Numbered from the stretch's first letter, positions 11,084-21,042 are shown. The stretch: DNA of 64,000 nucleotides from an uncultured delta proteobacterium (GCA_963815115.1 CAWFFN010000009.1:1568001-1632000); one strand, 5' to 3'. Notes: generated by a model not told the origin, from the letters alone. Made by a program: numbers and translations.

Positions 11084-11215
11084 TTAGCCGTGACGCTTGA
11101 AGTACTGCACTGCGGGCTCGTGCTTCTCGGCCGCCTGCCGGCTGTCGAACGTCCCGAGGTTCTTGCGCTTGGCGGTCTGCCGATTCTTCTTCTGGGAGTA
11201 CAAGCAGATAGCCCT
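11084..11215 (-). pseudogene. Remnant of a small conserved basic hypothetical protein
   Basis: Manual translation LYSQKKNRQTAKRKNLGTFDSRQAAEKHEPAVQYFKRHG* resembles a ~50-aa family I recall (YRLYSRKK...RNLGTF...HERAVQYFKRH). The 5' end is replaced by IS30 sequence. Confidence 0.6.
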
Positions 11216-11342
11216 GCGGCGGGCGCGGACGGCGACCCGCACCGGGCAGCACCGCGGGCAGATCGTGAACGCGGTGTCGATCCGGGCGCGCCCGGCCGGG
11301 GTCGCCGATCGCGCGATGCCCGGCCACTGGGAAGGCGACTAG
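11215..11342 (+). mobile_element. Second IS30-family transposase fragment (internal part)
   Basis: RGQIVNAVSIRARPAGVADRAMPGHWEGD* is the IS30 segment leading to the first catalytic Asp, cut at GACTAG. Confidence 0.8.
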
Positions 11343-11364
11343 GTATGGCGGGAGCAGTACGCGG

Positions 11365-12471
11365 TTACTGCAGCAAGCCGAGGTCGATGCGGTAGAGCTC
11401 GGTGACGTTGTCGCACAGGATGGCGCGGCGCTGATCGTCCGTCAGCTGCGCGGCGTGCTCCGCGAGCATCGCCTGGGACCACGGCCAGGTCGAGTCGCTG
11501 TGCGGGAAGTCGTTGGCCCACATGAGGCGCCGCCAGTTGAGCATGTCGACGCTGCGGAAGGCGACCCAGTCGTCCTGGAAGGTGGTGTAGATGCACTCGG
11601 CGAACCATTCCGACGGCAGGCGCGTGAGCGCCTGGCCCGGCGGGAGCCAGTTCCGGTGCCGCTTCCACGCGTGGTCCATGCGATACATGTAGTGCGGCAC
11701 CCACCCGGCGTCGGCTTCCACGCACACCACGCGCAGCTTCGGATGGCGCTCGAACACGCCGCCCAGGACGAGCATGCCCATGATGTCCTGGCAGCCGCGG
11801 ATGACGGACAGGAACGCGTTCATGCGGGGTCCGCGGGTCGGGCTCGTGTCCCGCGTCGTCAGGATGTGGAAGGAGAGCGGCAAGCCCAGCGCGATCGCGG
11901 CCTCCCAGAACTCGTCGTAGGCCGGCGAGTCGTAGTCCTCGACGACCGGATTCCCCGGCATCATCGCGCCGCGCAGGCCGAGCGCCTTGATGGTCTCGAG
12001 ATCGCGGATGCCGTCCGCCGGCGAGCGCATCGGCGTCTGGCCGACGCCCAGCAGACGATGCGGGGACGGTGCGCAGTAGGCCGCGAGCCAGCGGTTGTAG
12101 GCGTCCATGCACGCCTGCTTGTAGTCGGCGTCACGATGGTTGCAGACCGCCATGCCGACGGTGGGATAGATGATCTCGGCGGCGACGCCGTCGCGATCCT
12201 GATCGGCGATGCGGGCCCCCGGATCCCACCCGCCGCGGTGGAGATCCTCGAAGCGCGTGCCCATCAGGCGAATCTCCTCGGCCGGCTTGCCGGCGGCGGC
12301 GACGATGCCGAGCGGGATCGGGACCTTCAGTCCCTCGATGACGTAGATGTCGCCCGTGCCCTCGATGTGCTGCACCCGTGGCGCGCGCTCGCGGAAGGCC
12401 GGGTCGATGTCCTGCCAGGCCTCGGGGGGCTCGGTGACGTGCGAATCGGCTGAGATGACGGGGTAGCTCAT
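11365..12471 (-). CDS. Amidohydrolase family protein (Amidohydro_2 type)
   Basis: ISADSHVTEP, DQDRDGVAAEIIYPT, GGVFERHPKLR, WANDFPHSDSTWP. Confidence 0.9.
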   Translation of the reverse strand: MSYPVISADSHVTEPPEAWQDIDPAFRERAPRVQHIEGTGDIYVIEGLKVPIPLGIVAAAGKPAEEIRLMGTRFEDLHRGGWDPGARIADQDRDGVAAEIIYPTVGMAVCNHRDADYKQACMDAYNRWLAAYCAPSPHRLLGVGQTPMRSPADGIRDLETIKALGLRGAMMPGNPVVEDYDSPAYDEFWEAAIALGLPLSFHILTTRDTSPTRGPRMNAFLSVIRGCQDIMGMLVLGGVFERHPKLRVVCVEADAGWVPHYMYRMDHAWKRHRNWLPPGQALTRLPSEWFAECIYTTFQDDWVAFRSVDMLNWRRLMWANDFPHSDSTWPWSQAMLAEHAAQLTDDQRRAILCDNVTELYRIDLGLLQ

Positions 12472-14153
12472 CGAGTCGCGCCTCCTCGCAGCAAGCGTCC
12501 GGGGAGTGGACCGTCCGGCTCGACGGCGTCACGCCCCTCGAGGCGGATGGGAACACCATTCACCACGACGGCACGGATGCCGAGCGCATCCGAGACCAGG
12601 CGGTCGGCGCCGGCTGGAAAGTCCCACACGCGACGCAGGGGGCTGCAGCTCACCGTTGCCGGGTCGAAGACGACGACATCCGCCGCGAGCCCCACGGCCA
12701 GTCGCCCGCGATCGCGCAGGCCGAAGACGGCCGCGGGCTGGCCCGTCAGCCGCCATACGCCATCCTCGAGGGCAAGGGTGCCGCGCTCGCGCACCCACGT
12801 GCCGAGCAGCTCGGTGGGGGCACACGCATCGCATAGCTGGCTCGCGTGCGCGCCGGCGTCGGAGAGGCCGAGCATGGTGGCCGGATGGGAGAGCAGCTCG
12901 GCGACGATCGCCGGGTCGGTGTTCAGGATGGCCAGGCGGAAGCGGGTCTCGAGTTCGCTCGCCAGCGCCAGGTCGAGCATCAGGTCGACCGGGTGCGTGC
13001 CGCGCTCGTCGGCGACGTCGCCGAGGCGGCGCTCGGCGAGCGCCGGGTCGGGCGGGTGCTCGGTGATCTGCATGTCGGCGAACCGTCCGCCGAGCGGTCC
13101 TGCCTCGGTGCGCTCGCGCAGCGCGCGCCGGAACGCCGGGTCGGCGTAGATGCGCCGCTTGCCCGCGGCGTCGGCCTGCGACACGGGCCGGAACAGCGAC
13201 ATGCTCTCGAGCGGGAAGGGCGCCTTCATCTGGAACTCGACCATGAGCGGCCGGCAGGAGACCTGCGGGATGACCGCGATGCCCTCGGCCTGCAGCGCCG
13301 ACGACTGCTCGAGGACGCCGCGGTGGCCGTCCGGGCCGAGCATGCCGCCGAGGAGCGCCGTCCACGTGACGGGCCGCGCCGTACGCCGGGCGATGTCGGC
13401 CAGCTCGCTCATGAAGAATCCGGGGCCGATCGTCGCCTGCATCACGCCGTGTCCGGTCTCGCCGAGGCAGCCGGCCAGCGTCTCGATCTCCGCCAGCGAC
13501 GCGGCCCGGCTGGGCACCGGACGGCCGGCATCGCCGACGTGCGTGGGCGACTTGGAGGTGGCGAAGCCGAGAGCGCCGGCGCGCAACGCGTCGAGGACCA
13601 GCGCGCGCATGGCCGCGACCTCCGCGTCGGTCGCCTCGCGCTCGGTCGCCTCCTCGCCCATGACGTGCAGCCGCACCGGCGTGTGGCCGACGAGCGCGCC
13701 GACGTTGATGGCCGTGCCGCGGCGCTCGAGCGCGTCGAGAAACTCGGGGAAGCTCTCGAACGGCCATTCCCGGCCGACGCCGGCGAGCAGCGCCTCGAGC
13801 GACATGCCCTCGACACGCTCGAGCGTGCGCAGGATCAGCTCGCGATGCGCCGGCCGCGTGGGCGCGACACCGAACCCGCAGTTGCCCATGACCACCGAGG
13901 TGACGCCGTGCCACGGCGAGATCGACAGCATGCGATCCCAGAACACCTGCGCGTCGTAGTGCGTGTGGATGTCGATGAAGCCCGGCGCGACGATGGCGCC
14001 CTCGGCATCGAGGGTGCGCGCGGCGGTGCCCGCCACGTCGCCGAGGGCGGCGATGCGACCGTCACGCACGGCGACGGCCCCGGGCGTGCGGGGTGCGCCG
14101 GTCCCGTCGACCAGCGTGCCGCCGCGGATCAGGAGGTCGTAGTGGTCGCTCAT
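12468..14153 (-). CDS. N-acyl-D-amino-acid deacylase family amidohydrolase
   Basis: Start MSDHYDLLIRGG; motifs PGFIDIHTHYDAQ, VVMGNCG, SDAGAH, RGRLAVGLAADVVVFDP. Confidence 0.9.
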   Translation of the reverse strand: MSDHYDLLIRGGTLVDGTGAPRTPGAVAVRDGRIAALGDVAGTAARTLDAEGAIVAPGFIDIHTHYDAQVFWDRMLSISPWHGVTSVVMGNCGFGVAPTRPAHRELILRTLERVEGMSLEALLAGVGREWPFESFPEFLDALERRGTAINVGALVGHTPVRLHVMGEEATEREATDAEVAAMRALVLDALRAGALGFATSKSPTHVGDAGRPVPSRAASLAEIETLAGCLGETGHGVMQATIGPGFFMSELADIARRTARPVTWTALLGGMLGPDGHRGVLEQSSALQAEGIAVIPQVSCRPLMVEFQMKAPFPLESMSLFRPVSQADAAGKRRIYADPAFRRALRERTEAGPLGGRFADMQITEHPPDPALAERRLGDVADERGTHPVDLMLDLALASELETRFRLAILNTDPAIVAELLSHPATMLGLSDAGAHASQLCDACAPTELLGTWVRERGTLALEDGVWRLTGQPAAVFGLRDRGRLAVGLAADVVVFDPATVSCSPLRRVWDFPAGADRLVSDALGIRAVVVNGVPIRLEGRDAVEPDGPLPGRLLRGGATR

Positions 14154-14312
14154 GGCCGCTCGGCACAGTAGGGCGACCACGTCGGCACGGTCAACCGTGA
14201 GCCCAGCGCTCGGGCCACACGCGGGCCGCACCGGTCCGGAAACGGCCCGCAACGGCTCGCGGCCCTCGGCCGAGCCTTGACGCCGGGGACCGTGCTCGGG
14301 TCCAATTCACCG

Positions 14313-15587
14313 ATGCGCGCCATTCTCGCCGCCGCCCTCGTCCTGTCGACCCTGGCGGCGATCGACCCGCCGATCACCTCCGCCAAGCCGCGAGGCCTGG
14401 CGGCGGTCGGCGACCATGCGCGACGCTGCGGCCGCCGCGAGCGGCGCCTGGGCGCGCTCGAGCGCCGCAGCCTGGCGCGCGCGAGCTGCGGCGTCGCCGA
14501 GGGCTGCACGCCGCGCGACCGGCGGCGATGGACCAAGGCGGCGAACGCGTTCGCCGACGACTGCGTCGCGATGAACCAGGTCCAGGTGCTGGGGACCCAC
14601 AACAGCTATCACGTCGAGCCCCGGCCGGAGCTCATGGCGGCGCTGCTCGCGTTCTCGCCCGTGTTCTCCGAGATCCAGTACACGCACCCGCCGCTGGTGG
14701 ATCAGTTCACCAACGAGGGCATCCGGCAGATCGAGATCGACGTCTACGCCGATCCGCAGGGCGGCCTGTACGCCCACCGGGAGGGGCTGGTGGTGGTCGG
14801 GGAGAATCCCGACTCGGACGATCCCGAGCTGCGGCAGCCCGGGTTCAAGGTGCTGCACATCCAGGACATCGACTTCGAGACCAGGTGCGTGACGTTCGTC
14901 GACTGCCTGCACGACGTGAAGGGATGGTCCGACGCCCACCCCGGTCATCTGCCGATCATGATCCTCGTGGAGGCCGAGGACGAGGTGCTGCCGCCGGTCA
15001 TCGACTTCGTCATCCCGATCCCTTTCGGTCCCGCCGAGTTCGATGCGCTCGACGCCGAGATCCGCTCGGTCTTCCCGCCCGAGCGGCTCATCACGCCTGA
15101 CGACGTGCGGCACGGCCTGCCCACGCTGGACGAGGCCGTGCGGACGCGCGGCTGGCCGACGTTGAAGGACTCTCGCGGCAAGGTACTCTTCTTCCTCGAC
15201 AACGGCGGCAAGCGTGACGTCTACCGGACGGGCCATCCGGTGCTCGAGGGGCGGGTCCTGTTCACCAACTCGGAGGCCGGCGCGATCGACGCGGCGTTCG
15301 TGGAGCAGAACGATCCGCTCGACGTGGACATCCCTGGACTCGTCCGGACCGGCTACATCGTGCGGACGCGGGCCGATGCGGACACCGAGCAGGCGCGCAG
15401 CGGTGACACGACCGACCGGGAGGCGGCCATCGCGAGCGGGGCGCAGTACGTCAGCACCGACTATCCCGTACCCGACCCCCGCTTCGGGACGGGCTACTTC
15501 GTCGAGCTTCCCGAAGGCCCGCCGGGCCGTTGCAATCCGGTGAACGCGCCCGTCGGCTGTCGCTCCGCGGTTCTCGAGCGTCCGTGA
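14313..15587 (+). CDS. Secreted Ca2+-dependent PI-specific phospholipase C-like protein
   Basis: Signal peptide; motifs NQVQVLGTHNSYH, GIRQIEIDVYAD, FKVLHIQDID, WSDAHPGHLPI, GAQYVSTDYP. Confidence 0.82.
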   Translation: MRAILAAALVLSTLAAIDPPITSAKPRGLAAVGDHARRCGRRERRLGALERRSLARASCGVAEGCTPRDRRRWTKAANAFADDCVAMNQVQVLGTHNSYHVEPRPELMAALLAFSPVFSEIQYTHPPLVDQFTNEGIRQIEIDVYADPQGGLYAHREGLVVVGENPDSDDPELRQPGFKVLHIQDIDFETRCVTFVDCLHDVKGWSDAHPGHLPIMILVEAEDEVLPPVIDFVIPIPFGPAEFDALDAEIRSVFPPERLITPDDVRHGLPTLDEAVRTRGWPTLKDSRGKVLFFLDNGGKRDVYRTGHPVLEGRVLFTNSEAGAIDAAFVEQNDPLDVDIPGLVRTGYIVRTRADADTEQARSGDTTDREAAIASGAQYVSTDYPVPDPRFGTGYFVELPEGPPGRCNPVNAPVGCRSAVLERP

Positions 15588-15611
15588 CGGCGTCCGGCGA
15601 TCGTGCCGGAG

Positions 15612-16985
15612 TCAGATCCCGTACATCGCCGGGTCGATCGCGTACGCCAGCCCGCGCAGCGCGTCGCCGCGACGGCGCCGCTCCGCGTTCGCCCGGGCGT
15701 GGTGCGCGAACGTCCGCAGCGAGGCCACGACGTCGGCGCCGGTGGTGTCGACGCCGAGGTGCTCGCGCAGCAGCGCCACACGCAGCGCACGGGCCGTCGC
15801 CGCATCCCAGAACGAGGCGTTCAGCTCCGTGTCGGCGTGGAACGAGCGCGTCATGAGGTTGGTCGATCCGATGGTCCCCCACGCGTCGTCGACCAGCATC
15901 ATCTTGGCGTGCACGTAGACGTCGTGCAGGCGCCCGGCATCGCCGGACGCGGCGAGGCCGGCGAGCGTGAAGCCGGGCTGCGCGCCGAGCGCCGCGAGGC
16001 CGGCGAAGAACGGCACGGCCCGCGGCTCCGCGCGTGCGGCGCGCACCTCCGCCATCGGCATGCCCGGGAGCACGAAGACCACCTCGACGCCGCGCGCGAC
16101 GGCGGCAGCGAGGCGCTCCAGCACCTCGACCGAGGCCAGGAACTGGTTCTCGATGTAGATTCCGTGCCGGGCGGCGTCGATCGCCGCCATGTACTGCTCG
16201 GCGACGCTGGTCTCGCCGCCATCGACGGCAAACGGTTCCGTCTCCGGGGCGGCCACGGCCGCCTCGTAGCGGCCGGCGCGCACCGTCCGCGTGATCTGCA
16301 CCGGCACCGGGCCGGCGACGCCGGCGAGCCGCGACGGAAACGGCAGGTCGTCGGCGCGTGCAGCATCCGGCCAGCAGCCGTCCGCGCACGCACGCTCGCT
16401 CGCCTCGTTCCAGCGTTGCACGAAGTTGTGCGCCACGTCGCTGGACGCGGGTCCCGCGACCTCGAGATAGAGGTCGTGCACGCCGGGATCGCCTGCGCGA
16501 GGCGGGTGGCCCGGCGGCACGAGCGAGCCGTGGTCGAGATTGATCCCTCCGACGAAGGCCAGCTCGCCCGCCGCGCCGGCGTCGATCACCCAGCTCTTCT
16601 GGTGGTGGCAATAGCGCGGCAGGTGGTCCCAGCGCGCCAGGAAGCGCGCGTGCCGGTCGTCGAGCCAGCCCCGCTCCTCGGCGGTCCCGGCAAAGTGCGC
16701 GGACCCGGGCATGAGGCGAGGGAGGTCGGGCTCGCGCCAGAAGAGGACGCGCACGTCGAGCCCGCGGGCCGCGGCCCGATCGAGGACGTCGAAGAAGCTG
16801 CCGCGGCCGTCGGGCATCTGGACCTCGCGATCGACGAACGCGACCGTGACCCGGACGCTATCGCGCGCCGTCTCGACCGCCTGGCAGATGCGGCGGAAGG
16901 CCGGCTCGCCGTCGATCAGGGGGCGGACGCGGTTGCCCTCCCGGAGCGGGTAGGCGCCCGAGCGGGCCGGCGGAACCGACGTCAT
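15612..16985 (-). CDS. Phospholipase D / cardiolipin-synthase-like protein
   Basis: Two HxKxxxxD motifs, HQKSWVID and HAKMMLVD, with GGIN and GSTN downstream. Confidence 0.88.
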   Translation of the reverse strand: MTSVPPARSGAYPLREGNRVRPLIDGEPAFRRICQAVETARDSVRVTVAFVDREVQMPDGRGSFFDVLDRAAARGLDVRVLFWREPDLPRLMPGSAHFAGTAEERGWLDDRHARFLARWDHLPRYCHHQKSWVIDAGAAGELAFVGGINLDHGSLVPPGHPPRAGDPGVHDLYLEVAGPASSDVAHNFVQRWNEASERACADGCWPDAARADDLPFPSRLAGVAGPVPVQITRTVRAGRYEAAVAAPETEPFAVDGGETSVAEQYMAAIDAARHGIYIENQFLASVEVLERLAAAVARGVEVVFVLPGMPMAEVRAARAEPRAVPFFAGLAALGAQPGFTLAGLAASGDAGRLHDVYVHAKMMLVDDAWGTIGSTNLMTRSFHADTELNASFWDAATARALRVALLREHLGVDTTGADVVASLRTFAHHARANAERRRRGDALRGLAYAIDPAMYGI

Positions 16986-16989
16986 CCCG

Positions 16990-17871
16990 TCACCGTGCCT
17001 TGTGCGATATGGCGATGGAACACGGAACCGTCACCTTGTAGCGGCGCGCGAAGCTGTCCTGGTTGACCGCGAGCCCCACGTGCCCTCGCGAGTCGATGAA
17101 GACGAGCGGTGTGCCGCGCGGCACGTCGCCGAAGGTGCGCGCCAGCGGCGCGTCGAGCGTGCGTCCCGCGAGGCGGATACCCACGCGATCACCAGGCGAG
17201 TAGCCCAGCTGCGCGAAGGTCGCGGCATCGACATCGGTGATCAGGTTTCCGAAGGGGCCGTCGATCGCCACCACCCGCCCGTGCAGGCCCTGGCCGTCGA
17301 CGGTCGCGGGCCGGAGCGCAAGGCGCACCGGCTCGGCGATCACGGGGCCGACCTCGGTCCAGTCGTCGCCGCGCGCGAGGTGCGCGGCAGCCGGGGCGAA
17401 GACGTCACGGCCATGGAACGTCGAGGACACCGCGGGTGCGCGCAGCCACGCGGGGTTGCTGATCTCGCGCGCGCCGTCCAGGCCGTCGCGCGCAGCGACC
17501 AGCGTGATGAGGCCGTTGTCGGGCAGCACGAACCATTGCCCGCGCGACGAGCGCGCGACCATCGCCTTGCGCGCGCTGCCGACGCCGGGATCGACGACGG
17601 CCAGGAACACCGTGCCGGGCGGATAGTAGGGTGCCGTGTCGGCGAGCAGGCGGGCGCCGTCCGCGATGGCGTAGGGCCGGACCTGGTGGGTGAGATCGAT
17701 GGTCCTGAGCCGGGGCTCGATCCCGAGCATCACACCCTTCACGACCGCCACCGCGTCGTCCCGGGTGCCGAAGTCGCTCAGGAAGACCACCAGCGGAGCT
17801 GGCGGTGGCGGCCCGGGCTCGGCGCGGGCGGAGCCGGCGAGCAGGGCCGCGAGGGCTAGGAACAGCAGCAC
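16990..17871 (-). CDS. SAM hydroxide adenosyltransferase (DUF62; fluorinase/chlorinase superfamily) with signal-like N-terminus
   Basis: SDFG, DLTH, AVVDPGVGSAR, PDNGL, SSTFHGRDVFAPAAA, IDGPFGNLIT. Confidence 0.88.
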   Translation of the reverse strand: MLLFLALAALLAGSARAEPGPPPPAPLVVFLSDFGTRDDAVAVVKGVMLGIEPRLRTIDLTHQVRPYAIADGARLLADTAPYYPPGTVFLAVVDPGVGSARKAMVARSSRGQWFVLPDNGLITLVAARDGLDGAREISNPAWLRAPAVSSTFHGRDVFAPAAAHLARGDDWTEVGPVIAEPVRLALRPATVDGQGLHGRVVAIDGPFGNLITDVDAATFAQLGYSPGDRVGIRLAGRTLDAPLARTFGDVPRGTPLVFIDSRGHVGLAVNQDSFARRYKVTVPCSIAISHKAR

Positions 17872-17958
17872 CTCGCCCCTATATCATCTCCCATCACGAG
17901 TCGGCTGCGGTTGTACCGCCCGCGAGCGGCGTGCTAACCCGACCGAGAGGAGATTCCC

Positions 17959-19155
17959 ATGCGCAAGATGCGTGAAGCGGTCATCGTCGCCACCGCCCGG
18001 ACGGGCCTCGCCAAGTCGTTCAGGGGTGCGTTCAACCAGACACGTCCGGACGACCAGGCCGCGCACGTCATCAAGGCGGTGCTCGCGAAGGTGCCCAAGC
18101 TCGATCCCGAGGAGATCGACGACGTGGTCGCGGGCACCGGCTTCCCGGAGGGCCCGCAGGGATTCAACGTCGGGCGCAACGTCGCCATCATGGGCGGCCT
18201 GCCGCATTCCGTCGCCGGCTCGACGGTGAGCCGGTTCTGTTCCTCCGGGCTCAACGCCGTCGCGGTCGCCGCCCACATGGTGGAGAACGAGGGCTCCGAC
18301 GCGGTGATCGCGGTCGGCCTCGAATCCATCACCATGCTGCAGAACGACTTCAACAAGACGAACCTGTTCAACCCCTGGCTCATGGAGCACTACAAGCAGG
18401 TCTACATGCCGATGGGGCTGACCGCCGAGGTGGTGGCCGATCGCTACAAGGTCTCTCGCGAGGCGCAGGACGAGTACGCGCTCGCTTCCCAGCAGCGTAC
18501 CGCAGCTTTCCAGGAATCGGGGAAGCACCGGGACGAGATCGTGCCGATGACCGTCACCATGGCCGTGACCGACAAGGCCACCGGTCAGACCACCCAGAAG
18601 CAGGTCACGATCGATCGTGACGAGTGCAACCGCCCCGAGACCACGCTCGACGGCCTCAGGAAGCTCCCGCCGGCGTTCAAGGAGGGCGGCACCGTGACGG
18701 CGGGCAACTCGTCGCAGTTCTCCGACGGGGCCTCGGCCGTGCTCATGGTGTCGGCCGACAAGGCCGCGTCGCTGGGCGTGCGGCCGCTCGGCACCTTCCG
18801 CGGCTGCGTCTTTGCCGGGTGCGAGGCCGACGAGATGGGCATCGGGCCGGTCTTCGCGGTGCCAAAGCTGCTCAAGCGCGCGGGGCTCACCGTCGACGAC
18901 ATCGACGTCGTCGAGCTGAACGAGGCCTTCGCGTCCCAGGTGGTCTACTGCCGCGACCGGCTCGGCATCTCGATGGAGCAGCTCAACCCGAACGGGGGCT
19001 CGATCTCCATCGGCCATCCCTACGGGATGACCGGCGCCCGCATGACGGGGACGCTGCTGCTCGAGCTGCAGCGCCGGCGCAAGCGCTGGGGCATCGTCAC
19101 CATGTGCATCGGCGGCGGCATGGGCGCCGCGGGCCTCTTCGAAGCAGCGCTCTGA
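17959..19155 (+). CDS. Thiolase (acetyl-CoA C-acyltransferase)
   Basis: RFCSSGL, NEAFA, GHPYGMTGAR, MCIGGGMG catalytic motifs. Confidence 0.93.
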   Translation: MRKMREAVIVATARTGLAKSFRGAFNQTRPDDQAAHVIKAVLAKVPKLDPEEIDDVVAGTGFPEGPQGFNVGRNVAIMGGLPHSVAGSTVSRFCSSGLNAVAVAAHMVENEGSDAVIAVGLESITMLQNDFNKTNLFNPWLMEHYKQVYMPMGLTAEVVADRYKVSREAQDEYALASQQRTAAFQESGKHRDEIVPMTVTMAVTDKATGQTTQKQVTIDRDECNRPETTLDGLRKLPPAFKEGGTVTAGNSSQFSDGASAVLMVSADKAASLGVRPLGTFRGCVFAGCEADEMGIGPVFAVPKLLKRAGLTVDDIDVVELNEAFASQVVYCRDRLGISMEQLNPNGGSISIGHPYGMTGARMTGTLLLELQRRRKRWGIVTMCIGGGMGAAGLFEAAL

Positions 19156-19173
19156 TCGGAGCGGCCGGGAGCG

Positions 19174-19584
19174 ATGGGGCGGGGGTACTGGCTCGTCAAG
19201 CAGGAGCCGACGAAGTACTCCTTCGACCAGCTGGTGGCGGACGGCGGCACGACGTGGGACGGCGTGCGCAACTTCCAGGCCCGCAACAACCTCCAGGCCA
19301 TGCGACGCGGCGACCGGGTTCTGTTCTACCACTCGGTGGTGGGCACGGCCGTGGTCGGCGTTTGCGAGGTGAAGCGGGAGGCGTATCCCGATCCGACGGC
19401 ACGGGAGGGAAGCTGGGTGGCGGTCGATCTCGCTCCGGTGAAGAAGCTCAAGCGTCCAGTGACCCTCGAGGAGATCAAAGCCGACAAGGCGCTGCGAACG
19501 ACTCCCCTGGTGCGGCAGTCGCGGCTGAGCGTCATGCCGATCGAGAAGACGGCCTTCGAGGCCATCGTGAAGCGGGGAGGTTGA
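19174..19584 (+). CDS. EVE domain protein
   Basis: YWLVKQEP, WDGVRNFQARN, GDRVLFYHS, YPDPT, RLSVMP. Confidence 0.92.
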   Translation: MGRGYWLVKQEPTKYSFDQLVADGGTTWDGVRNFQARNNLQAMRRGDRVLFYHSVVGTAVVGVCEVKREAYPDPTAREGSWVAVDLAPVKKLKRPVTLEEIKADKALRTTPLVRQSRLSVMPIEKTAFEAIVKRGG

Positions 19585-20234
19585 TGCGAAGCGCGGTGCT
19601 GGTGGCGCTGATGGTCCTCGGGGCGGGCGCCGTCGCGCGGGCCGGGGAGCTGGATCAGCTGCGGAGCGAGAACGCCCAGCTCCGCGCGCGCGTGCAGGAG
19701 CTCGAACGGGAGAACGCCCGCCTCCGTGGCGACGCGAGCCACGGGTTGTCCGCCGCACTGGAGCAGCGCGCGACGGCGGCCGTCGCGGTCGCGCCGGGGG
19801 CGGCGCCCGGCACCACGAGCATCACCACCGAGGCGAGCCGGCTCGAGGGGATCGGGGGCGGGAAGTCGCGCCACTGGATCAGCTGGCGTGGGGAGCGCGC
19901 TGCTGGCGGCGGGCGTCCGGACGCGGCTGCGCTCGTCATCGACACGTCGGCCTCGGGCAGCATCTATCGTGGCGTCTCGACGCTCCGGCTGGTCGTCGAC
20001 GGCACGCCGGTCGACTGCACGGTCGCCGACTACAAGACGGAGACGCTGCCCACCGGCCGCAATGGTACCGACCGCATCCAGTCGGAGCGCGTGACCGCGA
20101 ACGTCCCGGCGGCCGTCCTCGACCGGCTCGCAGGCGCGAGCGACGTCAGCGGCACGCTCGGCCCCACCACGTTCCACCTCACCCCGGAGCAGATCGCCGC
20201 GGCACGAGCGTTCGTGCAGCGGCTCGGGGTCTGA
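19584..20234 (+). CDS. Secreted hypothetical protein with N-terminal coiled coil
   Basis: ATG overlaps the EVE stop (TGATG); MRSAVLVALMVLGAGAVARA followed by heptads ELDQLRSENAQLRARVQELERENARL. Confidence 0.65.
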   Translation: MRSAVLVALMVLGAGAVARAGELDQLRSENAQLRARVQELERENARLRGDASHGLSAALEQRATAAVAVAPGAAPGTTSITTEASRLEGIGGGKSRHWISWRGERAAGGGRPDAAALVIDTSASGSIYRGVSTLRLVVDGTPVDCTVADYKTETLPTGRNGTDRIQSERVTANVPAAVLDRLAGASDVSGTLGPTTFHLTPEQIAAARAFVQRLGV

Positions 20235-20244
20235 TCGCGCCGCA

Positions 20245-21042
20245 TCAGCGCGCCTCGAACTTCGGCTGCCGCTTCTCCTTGAAGGCGGCAACCGCCTCGG
20301 CGTGGTCGCGGGTGCGGTAGAGGTACTCCAGCGCGTAGCCCTCGTGGCGGACCTGCGCGTCGAAGGTTGCGGTCAGGCCCTGGTAGAGGGCGCGCCGCGT
20401 GAGCGTGACCGAGAGCGGTGCGCACTGCGCGATCTCACGGGCGAGGGCGGCCGCCGCATCGCACAGCTCGTTGCCCGGGACGACGTGGTTCACCAGGCCG
20501 ATGCGCTCGAGCTCGCCGGCGGCGTACTGCTTGCCGGTGAACATGAGCTCGCACGCCCGGCCGATGCCGACGAGGCGCGGCAGGAGGAAGGTGGAGCCCA
20601 GCTCGGCCATCACGCCCATGCGCGGGAAGAGAAATCCCAGCTTGGCGTCGGCCGAGGCCAGGCGGATGTCGCACAGCAGCGTCATCGTGCAGCCGACGCC
20701 GAGGGCGTAGCCGTTGATGGCGGCGATGGTGGGCTTCGAGAGGTGCTCCATCAGGGCGGGGAACTCCTCGACCCGGCCCGGCCCGTCACCGCCCTCGGCG
20801 CCCGTACCCCCGCCGCCGCGGATCTGTGCGGCGAAGAAGTCCATGTCGGCACCGGCGCAGAAGGCGCGGCCCGCGCCGGTCAGGATGACGGCACGCACGG
20901 CGCGGTCGCGGTCGGCGTCGCGGAAGGCCTGGGTCATCTCCCGGCCCATGGTAGGGGTCCAGGCGTTCAGGCGCTCGGGCCGATGGAGCGTGATGGTGGC
21001 GACGCCGTCGGCCCGCTCGTAGCGGATCGTCTCGAAGTCCAT
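20245..21042 (-). CDS. Enoyl-CoA hydratase/isomerase family protein
   Basis: ITLHRPERLNA, LTGAGRAFCAGAD, KPTIAAINGYALG, AFKEKRQPKFEAR. Confidence 0.92.
   Translation of the reverse strand: MDFETIRYERADGVATITLHRPERLNAWTPTMGREMTQAFRDADRDRAVRAVILTGAGRAFCAGADMDFFAAQIRGGGGTGAEGGDGPGRVEEFPALMEHLSKPTIAAINGYALGVGCTMTLLCDIRLASADAKLGFLFPRMGVMAELGSTFLLPRLVGIGRACELMFTGKQYAAGELERIGLVNHVVPGNELCDAAAALAREIAQCAPLSVTLTRRALYQGLTATFDAQVRHEGYALEYLYRTRDHAEAVAAFKEKRQPKFEAR

Noticed and set aside
16990-17871. Fluorinase or chlorinase call
   Set aside because: It keeps the FHGRD motif typical of SAM hydrolases, and no halometabolite genes are nearby.
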